From NCBI GenBank assembly GCA_013239625.1, contig MU053376.1:1636833-1700832 (forward strand): a DNA stretch of 64,000 nucleotides, written 5' to 3'. The translations under genes were made by a program, and so were the position numbers. The notes beneath the pieces were generated by a model. The model was not told the DNA's origin. It worked only from the letters and a program-made list of their open reading frames with translations, and made no database searches. Below are positions 25,101 through 36,890 of this stretch, piece after piece. Positions within the stretch are counted from its first letter, which is position 1. Each line of letters starts with the position of its first letter. The stretch comes from Lama guanicoe (taxonomy: Eukaryota).

Positions 25101-28100
25101 TCTTTCCATCCAGAGCTCACTGCAAACTCAGACATTCCGAGGAACCTCAGGGAACCTCAAATGCCACGCGTCCCAGTGGACCACTCTGCCCCCTCCTCTG
25201 GTGACGCTCCAGCATGCTCCTCTCTTTTCTGTCTTGGTCACTAATTGATTGTCCCTCCGTTCACCAACCTAGAAACCTCGTCATCAAACACAGCAGCTCC
25301 TGATTCCGTCTCTCCCACACTTGACCATCATCAACCCCTGATGGTTCTCCCTCCAAAGCTGCTTTAGTCCTCCAGGCCCTGCCATCTCCATCCTCTCACG
25401 CCTGGACCACTGCAGTGCCTTCTGGATCACCCATGCGGCCCATCCTCTCTGCCGCGTGGAACTCCCCGGCTGGAAACTCTTAGATGTAGCTGCCATTTAA
25501 AAATAGCTACCTTGTCTTTAATACCTTCTCTGTGCTTCGATATGATTTCATTTAGCCCTGGCAACCACTCCATGAGGAAGACACTATTACTTGTGCTTTA
25601 AAGGAAAGGAAATGTTGGCTGAGGGAGGCTGCATGACTTGTCAAGGACACAGTGAGTGAGAGGTGTGGCCTGGATTTAAAGCCAGATCCACCCAGCTTTG
25701 GGGCCTAGCTCTTCCCACCCAAGGAACAGCTCCTCTCACATCTTCCTCTCCAAACACTCTAGGCAGGTGGGAATGAGCACATGACCCCCCTGGGAGGGAA
25801 GGGAGAGGTCCTGGTAGAAAATGTCCTTGAAAACTCTTGTTTGACTTTAAAATATAGATTTGCAAACTCCAGTTTCACCTTAAGAATCCATGTGAATTTT
25901 TAGATTTTGTGCCCCATAAGTATGTTTGTTTTGGTGTGAAATGTTTCTCCTCCAAATTTCTGAATAATACAGACATTGCAGGAAGACACACTCTGCTGGA
26001 CTTCAGGTCCCGGATGGGTCCCTGAGTGCCCTGGGGGTCCAGCAGCGGGTCTGGAAAGCGTGGGTCCATGGCATGAAGCCCAACGTCTGGTTGGGGCTTG
26101 CCAGACCCTCACGGTCTGGTGCTGCTGACCTCGGAGCCTCTTTGCTCGCCTTGGCCCAGCGCCCCACTTCCCTCCATGCCACATTTCTCCCTCTTAGAGG
26201 TGGAGCCTGCAGTGGTCCACGGGCCCCACCTGGGCATCTGGCCACGCCCTTCTCCCTGCCCTTATGTGGCTCCGGCTCACATCCCCAGTGGCCCACCTCC
26301 TGCAAACTGTGAATCATCTTTCAACATCCAACTCACACGCCACTTCCATGGATTGGCATCCTCGCACACCCTCATCACCAGTGCCTCTGAATCACCTCTT
26401 TGCCTTTGCCATCCCCTCCCCAATCCCTCCCCATGGCACTTACTCCATAACAGTCTATCTCTGGATGCCTTACTCCTCTACCTGATTGTGGAGCCGCTGA
26501 AGTCCAGCCTTAACCTGACAACTCAAGAATGTTTATGGAATGGAATTATTTCCATTTTACAGATGAGGAAATTGAGGCTCAGAGAAGTCATACATCTTGC
26601 CCAGGGGTCCCCTTGAAAGCACCGGGGCAGGATCAAACCCAGGTCAGTCTGACTGTGGATATCACACCTGTGAGCTCCAGACTTCTCATCAGTAAATCTT
26701 CCCCAACATCGTGAGGGATTGACATGGGGTTGTCAATTCATTCTTTTGCCAAGTACGCACATGAAAACCAAACCAAAACAAAATAAAACCAACTACAAGC
26801 AGATGAGCTACTGTCTACTAACACTACCGTGTCATGAAAGTGACACAGCAGGAAGGACGAAGCTTCAAGAATGAAGGACACTCCTTCTCCAGCAAGGACA
26901 GCTGCTAACCACGCCCAGACACTGCCTGTGGGCTGATGGGGCTTCCCGTGACCAAGCACCTGGCGGTCATTGGACTATGTTTGTTAGGATCAGTGATCAC
27001 CGATCACCCTACAGGGTCGAACGGCATCCTTACCTTCCAGGGACCAGCCTGAGCAGGCACCTCTGTATTACTGACTGTGATAAAGCTGCACGTCCTGCCC
27101 GAGTGCTAGAGATGGACCCCTCATCCCCGCCACCACCGCCACTCACAGTGAGGGCTGGAGGCTGGGAGGGGAAGCATAAGAACAGCTGCCCGGGGGGAAA
27201 CCCTGAGATCAAGGCAGTGGGGTGTATGGACGGCAAGCTGGAGCCCTCTCCCTGGGCAGCTGCTAGAGGTGGCTGCTGTTCCTCTCTGTCATGGACAACC
27301 CACGGGGCAGGGCCAGGCAGACCAGGGCCAGCAGGCACTTCTGCAAGAGGGGAGCCTTCTGATCGCCCCTCTTCATTCGCTCCTTTCCTCAATTCAAAAT
27401 CACTACTGTGATGGCCTTCTCCCCTTTTCTAAGAAGCCCACCCTGATTAAGTGTGGCAGAATAATGAAACAAGTGGAGCTCCTCCCAGTGCAGATTTCTC
27501 ATGGACTCTCTCTGGAGTTTCCAAACTCCACATCAGAACGGCAGCCTCCCTGCTCTTCCTCTCCTCTCTCCTCCTTCCCTTCCCGCGCAGCCTGGGCTGC
27601 CTGCCCCTCCTCTGGGGCCCCATCAACTGTCCCTTCCCCACCACACCATGTGCTGTCTGAGGTGCCCATGTGCTGTCTGTCTCCCTTATGGGAGCGAGGG
27701 GCCCGAGCCCTGCACACATGGCACATTCAGCATGCTTGCTGAAGGACCATGCCAAGGGGTCTACATCTATCCGTCTTTTTGACTGGAGGACGCCAGAAAC
27801 TGCTGCAGGCTTGATTATTCCACTTGGACCAATACTTGGCACCACGGGGCTTCTCTCCCACCAGTGAGGATTGATCTAGATCATCACTTCTCAAACTGTT
27901 ACTAAATTAGAATCTCCACGGGTGAGGTACTAGACTATTTTTGAGAAACTCCATGAATGGTAACCAGCCAGATCGAGGGACCACGGACTACGTGCTCGAT
28001 GGAAGCTTTATGCCTCTGGGATTCTGTAGTTCCAGAGCTGACGTGCCGTTGAGCTTATTCAGCTATTAATTAATTGAGATGATGAGCAACCCTTTCCCAC

Positions 28101-31100
28101 CCACGTCCCTACCCACACCTTTGCTGGACGCTCCTAAGTTCCCCCCTCCTAGGGTACAGCCCTGGCAGGGGCCACTCACCCTCGACAGAGCCCGACTGGC
28201 CAGCATCTCGAAGGCTTGTACCACATTGATGTCATTCTTGGCACTGACTTCAAAATAGGGAATATCCTTCTCTTTACACCAGCCTTGGGCTACCTCCTGC
28301 GGCACCTGAGTGAGGGGGAGAAAGGATGATTGTTCCTGTATCACCAGCACCACCATCACCACCATCCCTGCCATCATCACATCCCCATCATGATTGTCTT
28401 CATCACATTCCCTTCATTCCTGCCTTCCCCACCACCACTCCCATTTCTTAAGAACTTTCCATGTGTCCGTAACTTCACATGTATTTTTTTTAGAAATAAA
28501 TTGTATTTATTAATGTATACCAATAAATATTTGATATACTTCCTTCTAAGGTTTTTTTTTAATTGAAGTATAGTCAGTTTACAATGTTGTATCAATTTCT
28601 GGTGTACAGCATAAAAGTTCAGCCATACATATACATACATATATTCATTTTCATTTTTCTTAAACATAAAACAATGAGGTGGCTATTGTTAGCTCCATTT
28701 TACACATGAGGAAAGCAAAGACTGGGGTGTGTGGGGCTGAGTGGGATTTGAACACAGGCTTGGCAGAATTAGAGCCCACTGCATTATGCCGCCTTCTTAA
28801 GGTCTACACCAAGAGCTTCTTCCTACCTTAAATCTGTCCTCAGTACCTTCAAAGGGAGGTGGATGTGACTGGCACTAGCCAGGGAGGGATGGCTTCCCTC
28901 CCCCGAGCTGGCTGACAGGCCCACACCCAGGAGCCTGCTGCTGCTCAGAGACCCAGGTCCCTTCTTCCCTAGGGTAGAGTCCAAGGAACAGTTGATAATA
29001 AGCTCCAACTATGGGCCAGATGCTGTGTTAGACATCTTAACAGATTAACTCATTTAATCTTCTAATAATCTTGAGAGATGGGTGTTTTTAGCTTCGCATT
29101 AGAGATGAGAACACCGAGGCTCAGAGAGGTTCAGCAGCATGCCTCAGATCACACAGCTAAGAAAGGCAGAGCTTGGATGCAGCCCCAGCTCAGGGCTCCC
29201 GCGGAGTCTGCGCTGCCCTCTGCAGGGCACTGTCTGGGAACTGTGTGTCTGTTCTGTCTTCCACTGGACTGTAGGTTTCTTGAGCTCAGGGTCAGATACC
29301 ACACCATACAAGTGGAATGAACACATCTCTACCCAAAGGCAAATGCCAATCACAGTTTGAGGATGTTGGATTGGAAAATGCTCTGGCAGCCCTGTGGGTT
29401 TCTTCCAATGATAATTGGTTTAACTGAGTTTAGTTTAACTGATTATTTTGGGGAGGAGGAAATGACCACCCACTGAACATTTCCTGTGCCTGGTCCTTTA
29501 TAACCATCATTTTACTTTATTTAAGGGAGCCATGGTTTTTCTCATGGAGAAAGGATCATTCTACCCTTTTCCCTGAACACAGGGGAGCCAGGGGAGATCA
29601 GAGACTGTCCTCTACCATGTTGTTTCCCACAGGTTCTGGAATGTCTGTCTCACTGGGACTAAAGGCACCATCACGGTCCCCTGTCTCTTTGGTCCTTGTT
29701 GCCTTGGCCTCGGGAGTGGCAGCAGAGCCCAGGGGCTCAAGGCTCTCTTTCACAAAGCCTCTGCTTTCTGTCAGGCTCGATTCCTAAGACGAGAGGCTGG
29801 AAGCTGGGGTCAGCTAAGCAGCCTGCCCTTCGGGGAGCTGGGATGACACCTCCACCCACCATGGTCAGGCTCTGCCTGGTCTGTCTCCCAGGAGCTGCTG
29901 CCCTTGAGCAGATCAGGGAGAAACCCCAGGCCTTGGTTTTGACCTCTGATCTCTAAGGTCCTCCTGCCTTTTGGGGCGAGGGTCCCCAAGTTGGCCAGGA
30001 CTGCTGCCTTCTGTGGAGCAGAGATGCCCAAGACCTGGTGAGCAACCACGCAGCCTCACAGCTCGGGGGAAATCCTCAGCTATTTGGATGAAGGATCAAG
30101 GATGGCCAGATCGCTGATTATTACTGTCCTCGCTAGTAACATGCAAATAAATAACCATTAGAAATTAACATGTTGTAATGGCTCGATGGCATCTTAGAAA
30201 TGCAAAAGGTTTTGTATCCTTTAAAGTCCTTTAAAAAACTTTAGAGCAAGGATGGTCCTTACACTTCTTAGCGCTCCCTCCTTCTTTACATCCTGCCTCC
30301 TGAACAGCTCCCACCCCCACCAGGTGATGAACATTTTTCTGGGCACATCATTGGTGTTCAGGAATTACAGTAAAAATTGAAGTAAATTAAAACAAAATCA
30401 AGTGCCTCTGCTTCTCCAAGAGGCAGGGAGATTCTTTACATTTCATGGCGTGAGAAGCAGAAGCCTGGACTGGTGCCCGAGGTCACCCAGAGCCAGGAAG
30501 ACAAGCGCCCAGCTCCAGCCCCACTGATCCCTGCTGGCCCGTCTCTCCCACTGTGACCTGGCTTGCCCGGCACCTGGTTAGGACAGACATTTTCTCTCCT
30601 TGTCCCCCACTCTTTCTCCATCCAGTTTTTATGGAATGCTTAAATACACACTCCAGAATATCCGTTGAGTTTGTGTTGCAAAGAATTACCATGCTTTTTA
30701 TATCGCTTGCCCTCTCCCACTCGACCTCAGAAAGCTGCCCTGGGGAGAAAGTGCCCTGCACGGCACTTTTCACTTTTTCCTTTCCAACTTCGGTTACAGC
30801 GTCATGATTTTTAAAATCACCTTGTCTTTTATTTATAAAACAACAGTTATTTATAACTTAGGCTCTGACTGTGGAAATAAACTCAGGATCCGGTCCCTGG
30901 GGACAAGGGAAGTATGAACCGTTTGAATGTGTTACCTCCATTAATTTTGCTTTTGGCTGACTATATATTAGTAACATTTTACTTTTCCTGTCACAGTTTT
31001 GCTTGTTCATCAGAGGTCAAATGTTTGACAAAATTAGTCCATTGTGCATAATTTTATTTCTGATGCTTTTTCTTGTATGCATTTAAAGTGATCTACTGCG

Positions 31101-34100
31101 TGTGTTAAAATTCACGTGTCAGATACATCTTAAGCCACTATCAAAAATAAAGAATATTTTCAGAAAACAGAATCCCAAAGTTATAAATCAGCAGTAAGTC
31201 AGAAACTGCCTACCTGAGCAGAGAATAGAGAATTCATACCCTAGAGAATAAATTCCTTGCAGCATTCATGCTAGCAGGGCTTTCTTTGTAACAAACTAAT
31301 ATATATATATATTTTTTGACCGTTATCTTCTGTAGAAGGCGTAATGGTTTTCTTTAAAAAAAAATCGAAGTCAGTAATTTCTTTAAAATTATCCTGGTGA
31401 GATATTTACTTATTTTGGTAAAATATACATAAACATAATATTTACCATTTTAATTTTAAGCATCAGTTCAGTGGCGTTTAGTACATTCACATCATTGTGC
31501 AGCCATCACCCTTACTCATCTCCAGCACTTTTTCATCATCCCAAATCCAGCATAAATGTTTTAAATGTTCATTTACTTTTGTTAAGTAGAAAGAGCTTCC
31601 GTATTTTCCCAGCCCACACCTTGGTGATGTTAAGAAGGAGGATAATCATCACTTCTGTGTATTAAGATTGCCACTGCTTTATAGCTGTCATTGCCTAGAA
31701 TCCTCAAACAACCTCATTAAATCAGTGTCAGGTCTCCATTTCACAGATGAAGCATCCGGAACTGGCCAAGGACACATGAACGTGAGCATGAATTTGAGCC
31801 CGGAGAAGCGCTCCTTCAGGTGGTCCTCAGTTCTCATCCGCTCAACCCTGTGCAGGTGAGGACTGCCTCCAGCCTCCTCTCCAAGCCCTCGCTGCGCCTC
31901 CCCATAACCTTTCTCCACACCACACCCGGCCAGCGACTGCTGGTATCCTCTCTGCTCATCCTCTGCTCGGTCTGTGCCACTTGAAGGCAGTCACTTCCCA
32001 GTCTCACCTGGGGCTCCATGATCCTGGGTTTCTGGATTAAAGTCCCGCTGCTCCCCCCTGCTCCCAGTTCCTCCTCTGCACTTCCCTGTGCTCATTTCAT
32101 TACTGCTAACACTTCCTCACCTCTGTTCCTCCTGCTCTACCCACCTCCAAACCCTTCCCCCTGGGCCTACCTGCAACACCCCCATCCTTCCTCCTCCTCC
32201 AGCATCCTCTCTCACCTCCTTGTCTGGGCTGCGCCCTGCCTTTTCCCGGAGGATCCCTGTTGCCCTCTTTGGTGGGGGCTGTTTCCCGTTCCCCACCTTA
32301 CTCATCACAGACCACAGAGATGGGTTGGGCTTGCCTGGGAATTTACTGCTTCTTTCAAACTCTTATTCTTCCCCTCTCTGCAGAACAAAGCTCATCCCCC
32401 TGTGGCTTGGCCTGGACCCCCTCTGCCCCTTGGAGGCATCCCCTACACTTCCCATCCTGCCGGCTACCCACTCATTCACTGAACGCTTGCAATCTGCTGA
32501 AACTTCCTCTCCGTGGAGCTCCCACCTCTCACGATAGCCTCACATTTCATCCCTGCCAACAGCCTTCACCTTCTTTCACCAGCTTCTCCTTCCTGGGCCC
32601 GGACCCAGTGCCTCCATAAACCACTAAATCCAGTCTCCCATTCCGTGGTTCAGTCTCCTTTCCCCTCCCTCCTTCTGCCCTGCTCTTCTGACAGCCCCCT
32701 GGCCCTTCAACCTCTCCTTGTCTCTCTTCTTTCCTCCGTGGTTTCTCAGCGCCCCCACTGCTTAATTCTTCAGCTGCTCTTGTCTGGAAAAACCTTCCAT
32801 CGGGTCCCTGGCTTTTAACCCCGGCACCGCTGTTGAAGGAAAACACGACACAGACTCCACCTCAGACCCCCAGTCTCCTCCTTCAGCTGAGCCCTCGGCG
32901 TCACCCGTCAGTTCTGGTCTTTGTCATTGACTAGCTCCTTCCCTGTTTCTTTCCAGAGTAACTGGTGCAGTTTCACCATGAGTCTTAAGCCTCCTCCTTG
33001 GTTTCCCTTCCTCCTCCCTCTGAACAGAAGATGCTGCCTCTTATTTGTGAGGAAAAGTCACACTCTCAGTCTTGAACTCTCCCAGCTTCCCGCCCCGCGA
33101 CCTACAGACGTATGAAGAAGGACGTTAAAATAAAAGTTTCGGCAGAAGCACTACGATCTGATAGATGTCGGATAGCAAGTTGGTTGGGAGACAGACCACC
33201 CCCAGGACCTTGCACATTTCCCAAGGTTCATGACCAACCATCTGTTAGGTGACTCTGAAACCCCTGGCACGGATATAGAAAGATTGGAAAGGAGGGTTAG
33301 ACAGGATTTCTTTTGGAGAGAGCTGTGTTGTAGGTACACCCACCCCGCCAACCTCATCAAGAGGGAGAACACGTAAGGCCTCACCTCCAGCCAAAAGGGA
33401 GCTTCAGGGGAGGCCACTTGGAAAGGATAACCTGTGACCCCTGGAGTTTGGTGGCTACAGCGGATTCATATCTGACATGCATCTGAGGGATTTAAGGCAA
33501 AAGGCAGCAGGGCAGAGAGAGGACAGACTGCACTGAGAACTAATTACTCTCGCCCCTACAATGGAGCCAGAATGCCCGGATGTGCCTTATGACGGAGAGG
33601 CGGGCTCAGCAGAGAACTAGCCAGCCTGGAGCTGTTGTAAATCCCATTAGGGTGAGTGCCTGCAGGAGGAGGTAACACAGTGGGGTGGAGAACGGCTCTT
33701 AAACTCCTAAATTAGGAGTTGAGGAGAGAGAGGAAGAAAATGCAAGACCCTTGTCATGGGAGGTACAGTTAAATGTTCCCCGTGGAGGCTTTTAGGACCC
33801 AAAGGAGTGACCTGTGACGAGACAGCTTGAAATACTTGCTGGGTCTGGAAAGCACAAACTATCTTAAGACAGCACCAGTCAACTAAGGGTCTTCCTGCTC
33901 TCCTGACCTCTTCTCCTTCTTTTTGCTTCTTTCCTGACGAGGTCTGAAATCAGAATTATCCCGAGAAGGGGAGGAATTGTGGACACAGAAAGTTGGCAAT
34001 GAGAAGCAAAGGACTGTACGCCCCTCCTAGACCCCGGGTCCTCACCTGCAGCGGCCCCAGTGGGGAAAAGATAGACTTGACTGTGAATGAACTTAGGACT

Positions 34101-36890
34101 TTGATTCCTATTTGAGGTTGGATATTTGTAATTAGAGAATTGACACTGAATTTGCAACCTGAACTGACCGTAGAATTGATAACTTCCAGGTTTCTATTTC
34201 CAGCACAGACTTCTCCTTTGAAGTTTCACTCTTATGTGCTCTAAAGCCTACTGGTCATCCCAGATTAGCTGGTCTACAAGCTCCTCAGACCCAGCATGTC
34301 AAAACCAAACTCCTCTCTCTGAGCAGGACGCTCTTCTTTATGGAGGTGATAACTTGGCTGGAAGTACCATCACCCATCCATCCATCCATCCACCCATCCA
34401 TCCACCCAAACGATGCCTCAGTTCTACCACTTTTGTCTATTTGAACCCTCATGAAAATGCGGTTCAAATATGATGACTTACTTCCCCATTTATTTTCTCT
34501 ATTTGAAACACTAAGACAGCTTGTTCAAACGGCTCTTTTTGGTGTCATTTGGGCTTCATTTGACACAAGAGCATCTTTTAGAAACTAAGTCTACTTCTGT
34601 TCTTTTCTCAGTAGTAGGCAATGATGAACAGAGCTCAACTCAGTGCTCCTGCAATGGTAGACAACTATGTAAGCGTGGTCACAGTAGCCGCGGGGCAGGC
34701 AGGTCATCTGTCACGTGGTTAATGGGATGATGCTGACTATGCGTAAGCTAATAAAAAGTCTACATTACTACTCTCCCAGAAAATGTGTAGATTCAGGCAT
34801 TCATAACTGCAGACCCTACATCTCACTCTGGTTAGAGATACTGTTCTACAGGTTAATTCAGTTCCACCTGCCTGCTTCTGATGCCTTAATTCTTCGATTC
34901 CCTGTCTCTAGACAAAATTGCCTTCAGTTCTTGGCTCACTTCATGCCATTTCTTACTTTTGCTCATGCTGTTTCTTCAGCCTGGAACCCACTTCCTCTAG
35001 GAAGCCCTTTCTCTATTCTGGGTTTCAGTAGGTGCCCCTTCACTGTGGTCCCCAGACGTCCAAGGTGCATCTCTATGATTGCTTATGATTTACCATATTG
35101 TATCATAATCGTCTTTTAAGTGATCTGTATATATTACTAGGCTGTGAAGTTCTTAAGGTAAGGACTACGCCTGATTCAGCTCTACATGTGCGGGACCTAA
35201 CCCAGTGCCTGGCATGTAGCCAGTGCTGACATGTTTGCTGAGTGAATGAGTGACTGGTACCTGCCGGTCTGCCAGATCGATCTTGTTCCCCAGCACCACC
35301 ATGGGGTAGGACTTCTCCATTGGGATGGTTTTGGCCAGAACATCACCCCTCCAGGTTTCCAAAGCTTCAAAGGATTCCAGGTCGGTGACATCAAAAGCCA
35401 GGATGCAGCCATCAGAGCCTTTGTAGAATGTGGACACCATGGAGCGGAACCGCTCCTGTCCGCCTGTGTCCCAGATCTGGAGGGGAAGAGCAGCCGCCCC
35501 GTGAGGCTGTGATGAGTGGCTGGAGGTTGGCCCAACCAGGTCAGTCACATCGTATCAATGTTTCCTTTTCTGTGTAGGGACAGATAGCCCGGGCACAGGT
35601 GCACACAGTCCTTTCACACACGGCCACCCACGTACACTACAGTATCTTTGCATTAACATTTAGCATCCCAAGAGTTCTTTCACATCTGAGCCCTCATTTT
35701 CCCCCTGGGTCACCAGGACAAGCATGTTATTCCCATCTGATAGATTTGGACCTTGGGGGTGACTTGCCCAAGGCCACTTGGCAAGTTTTCCAGGGAACCT
35801 GAGCCTTGGAGCAGGGTCTCCCAACTCTGGATTAGTGTTCTTCTTTCTAGATCGTGGATCAGCAAAATTTTTTTGTAAAGGGCCACATTGTAAATACTGC
35901 TGTCTGTTGCCACTACTCAATTCCGTTGTAGTGTAAAAGCAGCCCTAAGACCATAAGTAAACAAATGGGCATGGCTGTGTGCCAATAAAACTTTATTTTC
36001 AAAAACAAATGGTGGGCCAGATCTGGCCCATGAGTTGAAGTTTGCTGATCTATGCTCTAGACTACTCTAGCTCTTGGTGCACATTGCTGTGTGAGTCGCT
36101 GTCCAGGGAATGTGGGTCATTATCAGGTATGTGTGTTGAAGACGGAGAGGGAGTGCTGCTCACCTGTAGCTTCAAAGTTGTGTCATCCAGTATAATAATC
36201 TTGGAGAGGATGCTGGCCCCTAGTGTGGTCTGGTAGTCCTCATAAAACGTCTTGTGCACATATTGGTGGAGGAGGGAAGTCTTTCCTACACTGAGGAAAA
36301 AACCCCAGACACATGAACACACACTCAAATACACACACATGCACACACACACGCACACACACACACATCCCTACCAGTCTCAGCATCTTTCCATGCCCCT
36401 CTCACTGCTGTCTCTCCCTGAGATTTTGAATTTCTAACATTTGCAGTTTGAGTAGCAAGGGACTAGCTAATGGACCTTAGAAGGAGGGACCAAAGTGAGC
36501 AGAGAAGTTTGCAGAGAGCTGAGTGCCTCACAGCAAAATGGCCAAGTCTTTACTGTATGTGGCAGGAGGTGGGAGGATAGGGAGATGCTAAGTGACTTGC
36601 TTGATTCACACAGCTACTTACTGCGGACCTACTGCTGAGCTGGGACCAGAAACCAGGCAGCCTGACTCCCAGCCTCTGTCTCCCATCTCAGCTCCTTTCC
36701 TTGGGGTGGGATGCCCTCCCTGGTTCCACTCTGAATCAGAAAGGGATCCCAGGGAGATGGGAGCACATCCAGGAGGTCTCACTGACCTTGGGGAGGGGCT
36801 GCTTCCCAACCCCCAGACCCCGCAGAACGTAGCTTACCCCAGGGCTCCAATGATGATGAGTTTGAGGTCCACCTTCTTCCGGGGATTCAT
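22061..36890 (-). CDS. RAB7B: RAB7B, Ras-related protein Rab-7b; spliced CDS join(36890..36838,36290..36164,35476..35261,28305..28180,22141..22061), 603 nt, 200 aa
   Basis: Exons of 53+127+216+126+81 nt with GT-AG boundaries splice in frame to MNPRKKVDLKLIIIGALGVGKTSLLHQYVHKTFYEDYQTTLGASILSK...WDTGGQERF...GNKID...EVSAK...SPEDQSRSRCC*. All Rab G-boxes and the terminal CC are present. The sequence matches Rab7b as I recall it, and the gene is adjacent to CTSE as in other mammals. Confidence 0.97.
23500..24150. promoter_or_regulatory. CpG-island-like segment in the last RAB7B intron
   Basis: Two GC-rich, CpG-dense blocks (~23500-23740 and ~23950-24130) against a CpG-poor background; judged by eye, not computed. 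Confidence 0.55.
24753..24863 (-). mobile_element. tRNA-derived SINE (Vic-1-like)
   Basis: Reverse strand ggggtgggtatagctcagtggtagagcacatgcttagt...ctgggttcaatcccc with A/B boxes and an A-rich tail; degenerate TSD atgagggcattctt / atgaaggaattctt. Confidence 0.85.
28180..28305 (-). CDS. RAB7B: RAB7B coding exon 4 (VPQEVAQGWCKEKDIPYFEVSAKNDINVVQAFEMLASRALSR)
   Basis: 126 nt; acceptor cccctcactcag, donor AGG|gtgagt; contains the G5 SAK motif. Confidence 0.96.
31850..33110 (+). mobile_element. Old L2 LINE fragment (resumes at ~34180-34360)
   Basis: Long pyrimidine-rich degenerate tract with L2-like motifs (aaactcagcatgtc.aaaccaaactc-type end); boundaries approximate. Confidence 0.5.
35261..35476 (-). 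CDS. RAB7B: RAB7B coding exon 3 (IWDTGGQERFRSMVSTFYKGSDGC...GNKIDLADRQ)
   Basis: 216 nt; acceptor cttcccctccag, donor CAG|gtacca; contains the G3 DTGGQE and G4 NKID motifs. Confidence 0.97.
35852..36054. mobile_element. MER58-like hAT-Charlie DNA transposon (MITE)
   Basis: Termini gatcagcaaa / tttgctgatc are inverted; internal ggctgtgtgccaataaaactttatt is characteristic; flanked by tctaga on both sides. Confidence 0.75.
36164..36290 (-). CDS. RAB7B: RAB7B coding exon 2 (VGKTSLLHQYVHKTFYEDYQTTLGASILSKIIILDDTTLKLQ)
   Basis: 127 nt; acceptor ttttttcctcag, donor CAG|gtgagc; completes the P-loop GxxGVGKT and the switch I region. Confidence 0.96.
36838..36890 (-). CDS. RAB7B: RAB7B first coding exon (exon spans 36906..36838, 16 nt of 5' UTR); MNPRKKVDLKLIIIGALG
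   Basis: ATG at 36890-36888, acceptor ccctacag at 36908/36907, donor GG|gtaagc at 36837, in-frame TGA 9 nt upstream of the ATG. Confidence 0.95.

Noticed and set aside
28330..28400. Poly-His ORF (HHQHHHHHHPCHHH)
   Set aside because: Translation of a (CAC/CAT)n low-complexity tract in an intron
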